A DNA stretch of 64,000 bases from Candidatus Omnitrophota bacterium (GTDB lineage Bacteria > Omnitrophota > Gorgyraeia > Velamenicoccales > JABMQK01): contig JAQTSV010000001.1 in assembly GCA_028711115.1 (NCBI GenBank), forward strand, positions 134,032 to 198,031. Direction: 5' to 3'. Of this stretch, positions 53,896 to 63,709 are shown piece by piece. The notes beneath the pieces are model-generated. The model was not told where the DNA came from. It made no database searches and worked only from the letters and a program-made list of their open reading frames with translations. A program made the translations under genes and the position numbers. Numbering within the stretch: the stretch's first letter is position 1; each line of letters starts with the position of its first letter.

Positions 53896-55389
53896 ATGGA
53901 TATAGAGTCTCTCCTAACCAGAAATTCTCAAAACTTTCCTCAGCAACCAGCCGTAATTTTTCAAGACAAATCTATTTCTTTTGAGCAGTTAAAAAATACG
54001 GTTTTTAAACTGGCCAATGGATTAGCCAGTTTAGGCATAAAATCTCAGGATAAAGTAGGTATTTATTTGCCTAATTGGCCCGAGTATATTTATAGTTATC
54101 TGGCGCTATTTTGTTTAGGTGCGACGGTTGTGCCTTTAGATTTTATGTTCACCGAGGAAGAAATGGCAACATGTTTGAATCACAGCGAAGCCAAATACGT
54201 TATAGCCAAAGCAAAGGATATAGGGGTATTTAAAAAGTTGAAAGAAGACGTTAAGACCATAAAAGACATTGTCTTGATTACCGATAAAATTGAAGGCTTC
54301 CGTTATTTCGATGATTTAATCAAACATTCTGACTCTGAATTTAAAACAAGGGATATTAAAGATGATGATTTATCTTTGATTCTATATACATCAGGAACAA
54401 CAGGCAGGCCAAAAGGCATAATGCTTACCTATAAACATCTCGATGCCTGTCCTGCAGCAATAGGCCATTTCGTGGACATAACTAACAATGACACCATGAT
54501 TTGTGCGCTTCCTTTTTCTCATATAGCCGGATTGATGTATATCCAAATCGGAGTTTATTTCAGCAATAAGTTTATTTTAATGGAACGCTTTAATCCTTTG
54601 GAATTTCTAAAGAATGTTCAAAAATATAAAGTAACTTGTTTTTATTTGGTGCCTTCGATGTATTATGCAATTTTACACCTTAAAGAGTTTGAGAAATTTA
54701 ATCTTTCCAGTATCCGCTGGGTAGATGTATTTGGCGCTCCCAATAATCCAGAAATTTTGCGCAGATTCCATCAGTATTGTCCGCATGCTTATTTTTTAAA
54801 TGGCTGGGGGCTAACTGAGACTTATGGGCCATGCGTAATCACTCCTATGAGTTCAGAGAAATTGGAGAGCGTCGGTAAACCTGCGCCCTGGGTAGATATA
54901 AAAGTCGTTGACGATAGTGGTAAAACATTACCGACGGGCCAAATAGGTGAAATTATAGTGCGCAGCTGGGTGGTAATGAAAGGGTATTATAAAGACGAAG
55001 ACGAAACCAAGAAAGTTATGCGCAATGGTTGGTTTTATACCGGAGATTTAGGCAGATTTGATAAGGAAGGTTTTTTATATATTTTAGGCAGAAAAAAAGA
55101 AATGATAAAAGTTTCAGGTGAAATAGTATATACAGGCGAAGTTGAATCTGTGATTGCGAGGCATCCCTTAGTTAAAGAAGTGGCGGTTGTAGGCGTATCT
55201 GATAATTTGCGTGGAGAAGTGGTAAAGGCAGTGGTGGTGCTTCAACCAGAAGCTGCCCTAAAAGAAGAAGACATCCGTTATTTTTCCAAAGAACATCTCG
55301 CCCATTTCAAAGTGCCGCATATCGTAGAATTCAGGCAGGAGCTTCCCAAAAATAGAGTGGGCAAGGTTGACAAAACTCAGCTGAAATAA
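53896..55389 (+). CDS. AMP-dependent acyl-CoA synthetase/ligase (FadD-like)
   Basis: YTSGTTGRPKG AMP-binding motif, GWGLTET, YTGDLGRFDKEGFLYILGRKKEMIKVSGE, and the C-terminal PKNRVGKVDK lysine motif. Confidence 0.85.
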   Translation: MDIESLLTRNSQNFPQQPAVIFQDKSISFEQLKNTVFKLANGLASLGIKSQDKVGIYLPNWPEYIYSYLALFCLGATVVPLDFMFTEEEMATCLNHSEAKYVIAKAKDIGVFKKLKEDVKTIKDIVLITDKIEGFRYFDDLIKHSDSEFKTRDIKDDDLSLILYTSGTTGRPKGIMLTYKHLDACPAAIGHFVDITNNDTMICALPFSHIAGLMYIQIGVYFSNKFILMERFNPLEFLKNVQKYKVTCFYLVPSMYYAILHLKEFEKFNLSSIRWVDVFGAPNNPEILRRFHQYCPHAYFLNGWGLTETYGPCVITPMSSEKLESVGKPAPWVDIKVVDDSGKTLPTGQIGEIIVRSWVVMKGYYKDEDETKKVMRNGWFYTGDLGRFDKEGFLYILGRKKEMIKVSGEIVYTGEVESVIARHPLVKEVAVVGVSDNLRGEVVKAVVVLQPEAALKEEDIRYFSKEHLAHFKVPHIVEFRQELPKNRVGKVDKTQLK

Positions 55390-55419
55390 ATTGTTAAACT
55401 CAGAGCAATATAAATTACA

Positions 55420-56571
55420 ATGAGTGCGCAAAAATTTGTTGTAAAGAAAAAGGCAAAGACCGGCGGTAAGGATTCAAAGGGGCAGCCGGCATTAGGTAAG
55501 CTCAAGCCAGAAAAAAAACCGGAGGTAAAAGAAGAAGTCCTGCCGCAGCTTCCTCCCGCCAAGATGAATATCTGCGTCTTTGGCGCAGGTGCCACAGGCG
55601 GAACTATTGCCGCTTACTTAAAATCTAAAATGAGAAATATTTTTATGGTGGCTTCCGGCGAGGAACGCAGGCTAATCAGGTCAAATGGATTAAAAGTAGA
55701 AAGCCCCAAAGGGACTACTTTTATTGATTTAGATACCAGAGAAACACTAAATCAAAAAGTAGATCTGGTTATTTTAACTGTTAGCGTTGATCAGATTAAA
55801 GAAATAATCCACAAAAATCATAATTTTTTAGAGAACACAATTATTCTCACTACGCAAGACAGCATAAGGGCGGAGAAAATAATTTCTTTGATATTGGGAG
55901 AAAAAAATATCGTTTCTAGCGTGGTTATGTTCGATGCGGTTTGCGCAGAACCCAATCTGATTAATTACAGAAAAGAGGGCAAGTGGTATATCGGCAGGCC
56001 ATTTTCTGCCAATGATGACAAGATAAAAGAAATCGCAGAAGAGCTTTCCTTGGCGTTTGAGATGGTTGTGGTAGACGACATTATGTCTGTAAAGTGGGCT
56101 AAATTATTTGTCAATTTGTATAACTGCATCCCCGCGCTTTTAGGAAAGAATGCACAGGAGACATTTGCAGATTTAGATATGGCGAAATTGGGGATTCTTC
56201 TTTTAAAGGAAGGATTCCAGATATTGGAAGGCGCCGGAATAAAACTTACAAATTTGCCGGATTTTGGGTTGGATAAATTGCGCCAGTTAACGCAGATGTC
56301 CATAGAAGAAGCAGCGCAGTCTTTTTCTCAGGAGGTAAGCAATTTAGGTAAAGAACAAATGCATAAAGTTGTTTCGCAAATTATCAATGCAGGGTATTCT
56401 TCGCAAGCTGATTGTATTAACGGTGAGCTTGTAATTTTTTCCCGTTTTAACAATACAGGCGCAAATTTAAATGCCAAGGCAGTTAATCTTATGCATAGAG
56501 TTGAAAAACTTCATAAATTTTTGAATATAGACGAATTAAAACGAGAGTTCGATTTAAACACAATAAAATAA
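55420..56571 (+). CDS. ketopantoate reductase (ApbA/PanE)-family oxidoreductase, possible Lys-rich N-terminal extension
   Basis: The Rossmann motif MNICVFGAGATGGTIAAYL begins at residue 49 (ATG 55564 is an alternative start). Size and layout are ApbA-like. Confidence 0.5.
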   Translation: MSAQKFVVKKKAKTGGKDSKGQPALGKLKPEKKPEVKEEVLPQLPPAKMNICVFGAGATGGTIAAYLKSKMRNIFMVASGEERRLIRSNGLKVESPKGTTFIDLDTRETLNQKVDLVILTVSVDQIKEIIHKNHNFLENTIILTTQDSIRAEKIISLILGEKNIVSSVVMFDAVCAEPNLINYRKEGKWYIGRPFSANDDKIKEIAEELSLAFEMVVVDDIMSVKWAKLFVNLYNCIPALLGKNAQETFADLDMAKLGILLLKEGFQILEGAGIKLTNLPDFGLDKLRQLTQMSIEEAAQSFSQEVSNLGKEQMHKVVSQIINAGYSSQADCINGELVIFSRFNNTGANLNAKAVNLMHRVEKLHKFLNIDELKREFDLNTIK

Positions 56572-58913
56572 TGAAGAAAATTTTTGGCAATTTTATTCAT
56601 TGGTTCAGCCACGGATTGATAAGGTACAGATACGGTTTTCTTGCTCTCTGTATTATTATCAGTCTGTTTTTTGCCTATCAGTTAAAAAATATCAGCTTTA
56701 ATACAAACCTCGGCGATTTTTATCCCCTGAAGCATCCTTATCTGCAGATACAGAACAAATTAACCAAAATATTCGGCGGGTTAAACCAGGCCTCAATTGC
56801 CATTGAGATAAAAGAAGGGGATATCTTAAATCCCGTTACTTTGGAGAAGGTCTGGCAGATTACTAACGAACTTTATTCAATCAAGGGTATAAATGCGGGA
56901 CGGGTTGTTTCTTTGTCAGCAAGGAAAATTAAACATGTAGAGGCCAATGAGGAAGGATTTGTTACCGAGAGATTAATGCATGATCCGCCCCAGACACAAG
57001 AAGGGCTGGATATTCTCAGAGAGCGAATTGTAAGAAATCCCTTGGTTTATGGTCCGATTGTATCCAAGGATTTCAAGGCCACTTTAATTCAGGCAGATTT
57101 TGAATCGGATGTTTCAGCCAGAGATATCTTTAATACCCTTCAGGGATTTAAAAAACAATTCGAGGACAAAAATCATAATATTTATATCGCAGGTCAGCCT
57201 GTTTTGCAGGGCTGGCTGGATTATTATCTGCCGCGCATGGCAGGTCTTTCCCTGATTACTTTAATAGTCATGGCTTTTGTTTTATATAATTTCTTTCATT
57301 GTAAACGCGGAGTTTTTCTGCCTTTGATTTCAGCCGGCATGGCTACGTTATGGGGTTTGGGCCTTATGGTTATGTTTGGATACAAGCTTACGCCTTCAAC
57401 TATTCTTGCACCGTCTTTGGTATTTGCTTTGGGCGTGAGCCATTCAGTTCAATTTATCAAGCGTTACTATGAATACATGAGTAAACACAAAATGAATTCC
57501 AAGGCGGCAGCCATACATATCACGCACTCGCTGTTTGTGCCTGCCTTTACAGGTTTGCTTACCGACGGCATCGGTCCGTTTACCTTATTTATAGTTCCTC
57601 TTGAAATGGTGAGAAGCCTTGCCTTGGCAATAGGATTTGGGATATTGAGTATATTTTTTAGCACGGTTATTTTGGTACCGAATCTGCTTTCTTTTATGAA
57701 ACCGCCCAAGCGTTTAGAAATATTGCAGGAAGAACGCGCAACACTTACCAACAAAATTCTTGGCTATTTTGCTAAATTAGCCGTAAATAAAACTTCGCGC
57801 TGGATAGTTATCGGTTCATTTTTAATTCTTACAGGCGTTGCCTTAATCGGCATGAAACAATTGGAAGTAGGCGATAAAAAGCCGGGGACTTCATTGCTTT
57901 ATCCGCGTAGTTCTTATAATCAGGCAGAGAAATTTATTAGTGAAAAATTTTCTACAGCAGACCCTTATTATATTTTTATAGAAGGCAAAGACCAGGACGC
58001 ACTATTAAGCAGCAGTGCCCTTAAAGAAATCGATGGCCTGCAGAGATATTTAGAAAAAGAAGTAAAAGGCGTAGGCCGCACGCTTTCGCTGGTCGAATAT
58101 ATAAAGAGTATGAATATGGTGATGTTCGCAGGCAAAAGGAATGAATTCAGGATACCTGATCAAGATGCAACTATCGCCGAATATTTATTCCTGTATTCTT
58201 TGACGGGTTTTCCCGGAGATTTTGACCCCGTGGTCAATTATAATTATCAATACGCAAATATCAAGGTAGACCTTATTGATCATAAAGCCACGACGATGAA
58301 TGAGGTGATTAAAAAGACAGAAGAATGGATAAAATCCAATCACAAAGAAAAAAATATAGAATTTGAGTATGCCGGCGGGGCAATCGGTATGCTGGCTGCG
58401 GTAAACCAGATAGTCGCTACTATGCTTACGGCTAATTCTTTGTTTACATCCGGGCTTGTATTCCTTTGCCTTGTGTTTGCATACGGTTCTTTGGTGTCTG
58501 GCTGGCTTTTGATAATTCCGCTTATTTTCAGGACTTTATTGGTTTTTGGGATTTTAGGTTTTTTAAAGATTGGTTTGACTGCCGAGATGATTCCCATGGT
58601 TGCCTTAGGGATTGGTTTTGGCGATGATTTCGGTATATACATAGTATCAAGACTCAAAGATGAACTAAAGGAAGGAGGTGGCGTTTCATTACAGGATGCA
58701 TTAGTTAAAACAATGTCTTCATCTGGCAAGGCTGTATTTTTTACAGGATTGACACTTACGATCGGTATAGCTACATGGATGTTTTCCGATATTTTAATGC
58801 AGGCAAAGCTAGGTGCCCTCTTGGCATTCTTTATATTCTTCAATGCCATAGGCACACTGGTCGTTATTCCGTCGATGATTATGACGGTTAAACCTAAATT
58901 CTTAATGAAATAA
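56571..58913 (+). CDS. MMPL/RND-superfamily transporter (two 6-TM bundles, HpnN-like lipid exporter architecture)
   Basis: 780 aa with TM1, a large loop and 5 TM, duplicated. GxxxD-type SSD-like segments. Its start overlaps the previous stop. Confidence 0.75.
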   Translation: MKKIFGNFIHWFSHGLIRYRYGFLALCIIISLFFAYQLKNISFNTNLGDFYPLKHPYLQIQNKLTKIFGGLNQASIAIEIKEGDILNPVTLEKVWQITNELYSIKGINAGRVVSLSARKIKHVEANEEGFVTERLMHDPPQTQEGLDILRERIVRNPLVYGPIVSKDFKATLIQADFESDVSARDIFNTLQGFKKQFEDKNHNIYIAGQPVLQGWLDYYLPRMAGLSLITLIVMAFVLYNFFHCKRGVFLPLISAGMATLWGLGLMVMFGYKLTPSTILAPSLVFALGVSHSVQFIKRYYEYMSKHKMNSKAAAIHITHSLFVPAFTGLLTDGIGPFTLFIVPLEMVRSLALAIGFGILSIFFSTVILVPNLLSFMKPPKRLEILQEERATLTNKILGYFAKLAVNKTSRWIVIGSFLILTGVALIGMKQLEVGDKKPGTSLLYPRSSYNQAEKFISEKFSTADPYYIFIEGKDQDALLSSSALKEIDGLQRYLEKEVKGVGRTLSLVEYIKSMNMVMFAGKRNEFRIPDQDATIAEYLFLYSLTGFPGDFDPVVNYNYQYANIKVDLIDHKATTMNEVIKKTEEWIKSNHKEKNIEFEYAGGAIGMLAAVNQIVATMLTANSLFTSGLVFLCLVFAYGSLVSGWLLIIPLIFRTLLVFGILGFLKIGLTAEMIPMVALGIGFGDDFGIYIVSRLKDELKEGGGVSLQDALVKTMSSSGKAVFFTGLTLTIGIATWMFSDILMQAKLGALLAFFIFFNAIGTLVVIPSMIMTVKPKFLMK

Positions 58914-58925
58914 AGGAGGAGGAAA

Positions 58926-59813
58926 ATGAAAAGAACGATGTTTTTGGTTTTGGCAATGATGACCCTGGCTTGGGGTTGTCTATTTGCAGGAGAACTCGGA
59001 TATTTTAATGTTTACAAGCCTAAAGACGGTATGACAGCAAATGAGATTATGCAGATTAAATATTTTAACAAATACACGCTATTTGCTCACGATGTTTCTT
59101 ATACTGGCAAGGCCTACTTTATTGAAAAATCAGGTTCTACCCGTGAAAGGTCAACTGCAAGGAAAAGAATCAATCTGGGCAGAAAATCCGATGGTATTGC
59201 CTATAAAGACTTAACTGTATTCACCGGCCCTACACAAGTCAAGGGGTTGGCAAACTTATCCTGGACATATCTTAATCCGGAAAAACAACAGGATGTCTGG
59301 TTATGGTTGCCTTCGTTAAAGAAGGTAAGAAAGATTTCCGCTTCGCAAGCAGATGATTCTTTCTTAGGAGCGGATTTTACTGTGGAAGATATATCTACAA
59401 GACGCTTTGAAGATGAAACGTATAAAATAGTTAAAGAGGCAAATTTCACAGGTTACACCTCGGATTTTTCCAAAAAAACATACTATAAAGATACTCCGTG
59501 CTATGTTATAGAAGCAACTCCCAAGCGCGCAAACTGGTATTATGCGAAGAGGCTGGTTTGGGTTGACAAAAAATACGGGACAAATATCTATGAAGAAAAA
59601 TACGATGCCAAAGGCAATAAATTCCAGTATATCTTCAGATGGTATGAGATTCATAACGTCGACGGAAAAGAATATCCTATACAAATGTTCTTAGAAGGCG
59701 AAGACTTGAGATCTGAACATCGCACAGTTATTGTTAATAACACTGTAGAGATAGACAAAGGTTTATCCGAACAAGAATTTACTGAAGAAGCACTTAGCCG
59801 TTCACGTTGGTAG
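58926..59813 (+). CDS. outer-membrane lipoprotein-sorting (LolA-like) protein
   Basis: Signal peptide MKRTMFLVLAMMTLAWGC. The pattern TANEIMQIKYFN...W..LPSLKKVRKIS...SFLGADFTVEDI resembles the LolA_like family that often accompanies MMPL transporters. Confidence 0.6.
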   Translation: MKRTMFLVLAMMTLAWGCLFAGELGYFNVYKPKDGMTANEIMQIKYFNKYTLFAHDVSYTGKAYFIEKSGSTRERSTARKRINLGRKSDGIAYKDLTVFTGPTQVKGLANLSWTYLNPEKQQDVWLWLPSLKKVRKISASQADDSFLGADFTVEDISTRRFEDETYKIVKEANFTGYTSDFSKKTYYKDTPCYVIEATPKRANWYYAKRLVWVDKKYGTNIYEEKYDAKGNKFQYIFRWYEIHNVDGKEYPIQMFLEGEDLRSEHRTVIVNNTVEIDKGLSEQEFTEEALSRSRW

Positions 59814-59831
59814 AAAGGAGGATTGACTACA

Positions 59832-61199
59832 ATGTTCAAACGTATTTTAATTACTTTGTTATTAATGACAGGTTTATCTTTACCTGCGTACGCAGAGCTT
59901 TCTAGCGGAAACTTTACGCTCGCAGGATATGTAAAAAACGAAACATCATTGACTGTAAATGGCTCTGGTTCAACTCTTTCTAAATTTAAGAATATGTTAG
60001 AGTTGTCCGGGGAGTACGATATCAAAGGTCAAGACTTGGTATTTTTTATGAAGACTCGCTATTGGTATGACTCTGCGTATGATTGGAACAAAAAATATGA
60101 TTGCGATAGATTCTACGTGAGTCATGATCAGCGTAGCAATTGGTTAAGAGATTTTTACGTGGATTATACAAATGGTCCATGGTTCTTAAGATTAGGTAAA
60201 CAACAGGTTGCTTGGGGTCAGGCAGATGGTATTACTATTTTAGACAGGGTTAATCCGGTTGATTTGACTGAATTTTGGCTCCCGGATATGGCTGATATGC
60301 GTATACCTCTCTGGATGGCAAATATTAATTATTCACCGAAGCTCAATGCCAACCTGCAATTTTTGTTTATCCCGGATTTTGAAGGTTCAACAGCCGCTCC
60401 CCCGAATGCTCCTTTTGCCTTCAGATCAACCAATGTATTTGGCAGTATAGCAATTCCGTATAACCTTAATGTACAGACAAGGTATCCCGGCAAGCAATTT
60501 GACAATTCTACTTTTGGGTTACAATGGCAAGACAGGATTGGTGACCTGACATATACGCTTAACTTTCTTAACGGTTACTACTATAATGCCAGGACCCTTC
60601 AAATAGGAACAGTTACTAATCGTTCTTTCAAGCGTTGGAGGATGTACGGCGGCTCCATGAATAAAACTTTTACAAATCCCGGCCCTATGCAGGGTGTAAC
60701 GATGAGAGGCGATTTTGCTTATTATAATGATGAGCCAATTTATTATGGCAATCCCACAACTGCTTCTACCAGTGGATTTAAGCGCTGGGATAATATATTC
60801 TGGTTGATTGGTTTTGATAAAACATTCTTTACAAACTGGGTAGGTAGTTTTCAATTCAGCCAGTATATAATGCAGGATGCAAAAATAAAAGATAAAGGCA
60901 TAACCGCGGCGACGCAGTATCCTTTGAACTCTTATACATACGGCGCGCAGGATCAGGTGGAGAATATTTTTACGCTAAAGATATCCACTGATTTTTTACA
61001 CGAGCGTTTGAAGCCGGAGATCTTATGGAGTCTTACCGATGATAACCAGGGAAGGCTCGCCCCAAAAATAACTTACGAAATAAAAGATAATGTGTGGTGG
61101 ACAGTGGGTGCACACTATTTTTATGGCAGCGAATATGACACCAATGGTCAGTTTCGCGACGCGAACCAGGTTTATACTCAGCTTAAGATAACTTTCTAA
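59832..61199 (+). CDS. outer-membrane beta-barrel protein (DUF1302-like)
   Basis: ATG 59832 after AAAGGAGGA. Signal peptide MFKRILITLLLMTGLSLPAYA. Alternating aromatic/Gly-rich strands and a C-terminal ...QLKITF with terminal Phe. Confidence 0.55.
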   Translation: MFKRILITLLLMTGLSLPAYAELSSGNFTLAGYVKNETSLTVNGSGSTLSKFKNMLELSGEYDIKGQDLVFFMKTRYWYDSAYDWNKKYDCDRFYVSHDQRSNWLRDFYVDYTNGPWFLRLGKQQVAWGQADGITILDRVNPVDLTEFWLPDMADMRIPLWMANINYSPKLNANLQFLFIPDFEGSTAAPPNAPFAFRSTNVFGSIAIPYNLNVQTRYPGKQFDNSTFGLQWQDRIGDLTYTLNFLNGYYYNARTLQIGTVTNRSFKRWRMYGGSMNKTFTNPGPMQGVTMRGDFAYYNDEPIYYGNPTTASTSGFKRWDNIFWLIGFDKTFFTNWVGSFQFSQYIMQDAKIKDKGITAATQYPLNSYTYGAQDQVENIFTLKISTDFLHERLKPEILWSLTDDNQGRLAPKITYEIKDNVWWTVGAHYFYGSEYDTNGQFRDANQVYTQLKITF

Positions 61200-61232
61200 C
61201 TTCTGTGATTTTGGAATGCGGTCTTTAAACAA

Positions 61233-61266
61233 AAAGAGGAAGATTTATCTCTTCCTCTTTTTGTTG
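61233..61266 (+). terminator. rho-independent terminator
   Basis: AAAGAGGAAG-ATTTATCT-CTTCCTCTTT (10-bp stem) followed by TTGTTG. Confidence 0.75.
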
Positions 61267-61291
61267 TATAATCTATAATAATGGTCTGCAT

Positions 61292-62245
61292 ATGAATAAA
61301 AACACAAGAAGAATATTGGGCAGAAAAATAGGTCTGTTTTTCTTAAGGCTATTTGTTTCCATTACCGGCAGTGTACCTCTGCGCCTAAATTATTTTATAG
61401 GTTATTTTTTAGGCAGTATATTTTATTTGGTAGTACCACACTACAGAAAGGTGGCATCGCAGAGTTTAAATGTAGCTTTTCCTTATAAAACTATTAAGGA
61501 AAGAAAAAATATTGCCAAGTCATCTATCAAACTCATGGTTTGCAGTGTTATTGAAACTATTTACTTTCTTAAGAATCAATACAGGTTAAACAATGTAAGA
61601 ATAGAAGGCCGTCAATATTTAGAAGAAGCCTTGAAGCAAAATAAAGGCGTTATAGGTTTTACAGCGCATTTCGGTAATTTCCCTTTAATGGATTTAAAAT
61701 TAGCGAAGGAGAATTATCCGGTAAGTGTAATCCTCCGTCCCATAAGGGACCCCCGGACAGGAGAGCATATTTACGATATGTGTGTTCAGGGGGGAGTTAA
61801 AACGATACTATCTTATCCCAGGGAAGAAGTAGTCAGCAAGACCATAAAGGCTTTACGCAATAACGAATTGGTTATAGTTCAGATGGACCAGAATTTTGGC
61901 ACAGGCGGGGTGTGGGTGGATTTCTTTGGTAAATTAGCGGCTACGCCAGTCGGACCAATAGTGTTTGCCTTAAGGACAAAGGCAGTAATTTTACCGATAT
62001 ATATTATAAGAGAAGGGATGGGTAAACACTGCATTAAAATCCTAGAGCCGTATAATTTAGAAAAGGCAAGTGATACAAGGGAAACAGTTCTTTTAAACGC
62101 GGCAAAGATTACCAAGATAATCGAGGGATGGATTAAGGAAAATCCAGAACAGTGGTTCTGGATCCATAGCCGTTGGAAATCCAGGCCCAGCGATATAGTA
62201 AAAAAGGCAAAGTTTAAAATTTACAGCAAAGCACTAGCACAATAA
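61292..62245 (+). CDS. lysophospholipid/lipid A acyltransferase (LpxL/HtrB family)
   Basis: N-terminal TM helix, HFGNFP (HX4D-like region), and DQNFG...VDFFGKLAATPVGP as in late lipid A acyltransferases. Confidence 0.7.
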   Translation: MNKNTRRILGRKIGLFFLRLFVSITGSVPLRLNYFIGYFLGSIFYLVVPHYRKVASQSLNVAFPYKTIKERKNIAKSSIKLMVCSVIETIYFLKNQYRLNNVRIEGRQYLEEALKQNKGVIGFTAHFGNFPLMDLKLAKENYPVSVILRPIRDPRTGEHIYDMCVQGGVKTILSYPREEVVSKTIKALRNNELVIVQMDQNFGTGGVWVDFFGKLAATPVGPIVFALRTKAVILPIYIIREGMGKHCIKILEPYNLEKASDTRETVLLNAAKITKIIEGWIKENPEQWFWIHSRWKSRPSDIVKKAKFKIYSKALAQ

Positions 62246-62302
62246 TTTCATTTATCGAATGTTTTTATAGTGTCATAAAATAAATAACACAAGAGGAAAA
62301 CT

Positions 62303-63043
62303 ATGGACAAGAGCCAATTGCAGGAATATTCCAGAATATTTAAAGAAATATTTAATCTCCAAACAAGCCCTGTTGCTATAAGATGTGTAAAGGCTAAAAA
62401 TGTATCTGCCGATGAGAGCAAAGTGCGCATATGCCGCGCTATCCTTGATGCTGCAAAAGGTCAGACCTCAGAGGTGTGCAGAGAAAACAACGCCTGTTTC
62501 GGCGCAAATTGGCATTTAGGTTTTTCGAAGATAGATGATCCTAAAGCTATCAAGATGATAAAACAATTTGTTGTGGAGGGGGAGAAATTATTTTCTTCCT
62601 ATGAGGCACTGGATAAGCTGCTTTCTCAGATAGAAGATGTGCCAGACAATAAAGATATGTGTTTTGTCCTGTCTCCTTTGGAAAATACAGATTCCCAGCC
62701 TCAGCTTGTGGTTTTTGTCTGTAATCCCGAACAGGCATGCCGCCTGCTTACATTCGTTACTTTTATCGACGGAGTTATTCCCAAGATTAAAATAGGCGGT
62801 CCTACCTGCAGAATGGCTATTATGTATCCTTTGATTAGCTCAGAAGTTAATGTTTCTTTTCAGGACTATACGGCGAGAAAACTATGTAAAATGGATAAAG
62901 ATAAGCTTTTGGTAAGCATCCCTTTCCGGTTAATACCCACAATAATCGGTAATATTGATAAATGTTCTGCCGGTACGGCAAAAGTTGAATATCCCCAAGA
63001 GTTCAGGGAGTTTCTGCAGAAGAAAATGTCTGTCAAAAAGTAA
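62303..63043 (+). CDS. DUF169 domain protein
   Basis: Size (246 aa) and the SPVAIRCVK...C...FGANWHLGF pattern resemble DUF169. Recognised from memory only. Confidence 0.45.
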   Translation: MDKSQLQEYSRIFKEIFNLQTSPVAIRCVKAKNVSADESKVRICRAILDAAKGQTSEVCRENNACFGANWHLGFSKIDDPKAIKMIKQFVVEGEKLFSSYEALDKLLSQIEDVPDNKDMCFVLSPLENTDSQPQLVVFVCNPEQACRLLTFVTFIDGVIPKIKIGGPTCRMAIMYPLISSEVNVSFQDYTARKLCKMDKDKLLVSIPFRLIPTIIGNIDKCSAGTAKVEYPQEFREFLQKKMSVKK

Positions 63044-63073
63044 AACAAGCCTTTATCATAGCATAAATTTATC

Positions 63074-63102
63074 TTGCCAAATTACAGCTTAGGTGGTAGA
63101 TT
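63074..63102 (+). promoter_or_regulatory. promoter candidate (TTGCCA-17 nt-TAGATT)
   Basis: Hexamers at 63074-63079 and 63097-63102, about 55 nt upstream of the 63156 start. Confidence 0.35.
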
Positions 63103-63155
63103 TCTTCTAGTAGTAAAAAAACTTATTCCTTTCAGTATTCTTCCTTAATTTTGAT

Positions 63156-63707
63156 ATGAAAATAGAGATACCCAAAAGCAAAGCCAGCCGTCTTGTTAAT
63201 GCAGGAGGAGTTATTTTAGTGACTTCCTCATACAAGGATAAAAATAATATCATAACTCTTGCCTGGCATACGCCTATATCCAGAGACCCCGCGCTTTTAG
63301 GCATAGCTATTGCCAAGAGCCATCTTTCATATGAGCTCATAAAAAAGTCCGAGGAGTTTATTATAAATATTCCCAGTATTGATATTTTAAAACAAGTGGT
63401 TTTTTGCGGTAGCATATCGGGAAATAAAATCGATAAGTTCAAAGAATCAAAATTAACCGCCGAGAAAGCCGCACAGCTCATTAAAACGCCGATAATTAAA
63501 GAATGCATCGGCCATATTGAATGTAGCTTGCGCGATATAAAGGATATCGGAGACCACGGTTTGTTTATAGGCGAAGCAGTTTATGCAAGCGCAGAGGAAG
63601 GGTTATTCGACGAGACCTGGCAGATTAATAAGACAAAGCTGATATTTCATTTAGGCGGAGATTTATTCACGACTAACACAGAAAAAATAAACATACCTAA
63701 ATATTAA
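63156..63707 (+). CDS. flavin reductase-like (FMN-binding split-barrel) protein
   Basis: VILVTSSYKDKNNIITLAWHTPIS...LLGIAI...S.ELIKKSEEFIINIP is typical of the flavin reductase domain family. Confidence 0.75.
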   Translation: MKIEIPKSKASRLVNAGGVILVTSSYKDKNNIITLAWHTPISRDPALLGIAIAKSHLSYELIKKSEEFIINIPSIDILKQVVFCGSISGNKIDKFKESKLTAEKAAQLIKTPIIKECIGHIECSLRDIKDIGDHGLFIGEAVYASAEEGLFDETWQINKTKLIFHLGGDLFTTNTEKINIPKY

Positions 63708-63709
63708 AT

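Noticed and set aside
55420-55563. Lys-rich 48-aa N-terminal extension of the ApbA-like reductase as a histone- or DNA-binding-like tail
   Set aside because: The start codon is ambiguous, because ATG 55564 sits directly at the Rossmann motif. The extension may simply be untranslated leader, so no functional claim can be supported from sequence alone.
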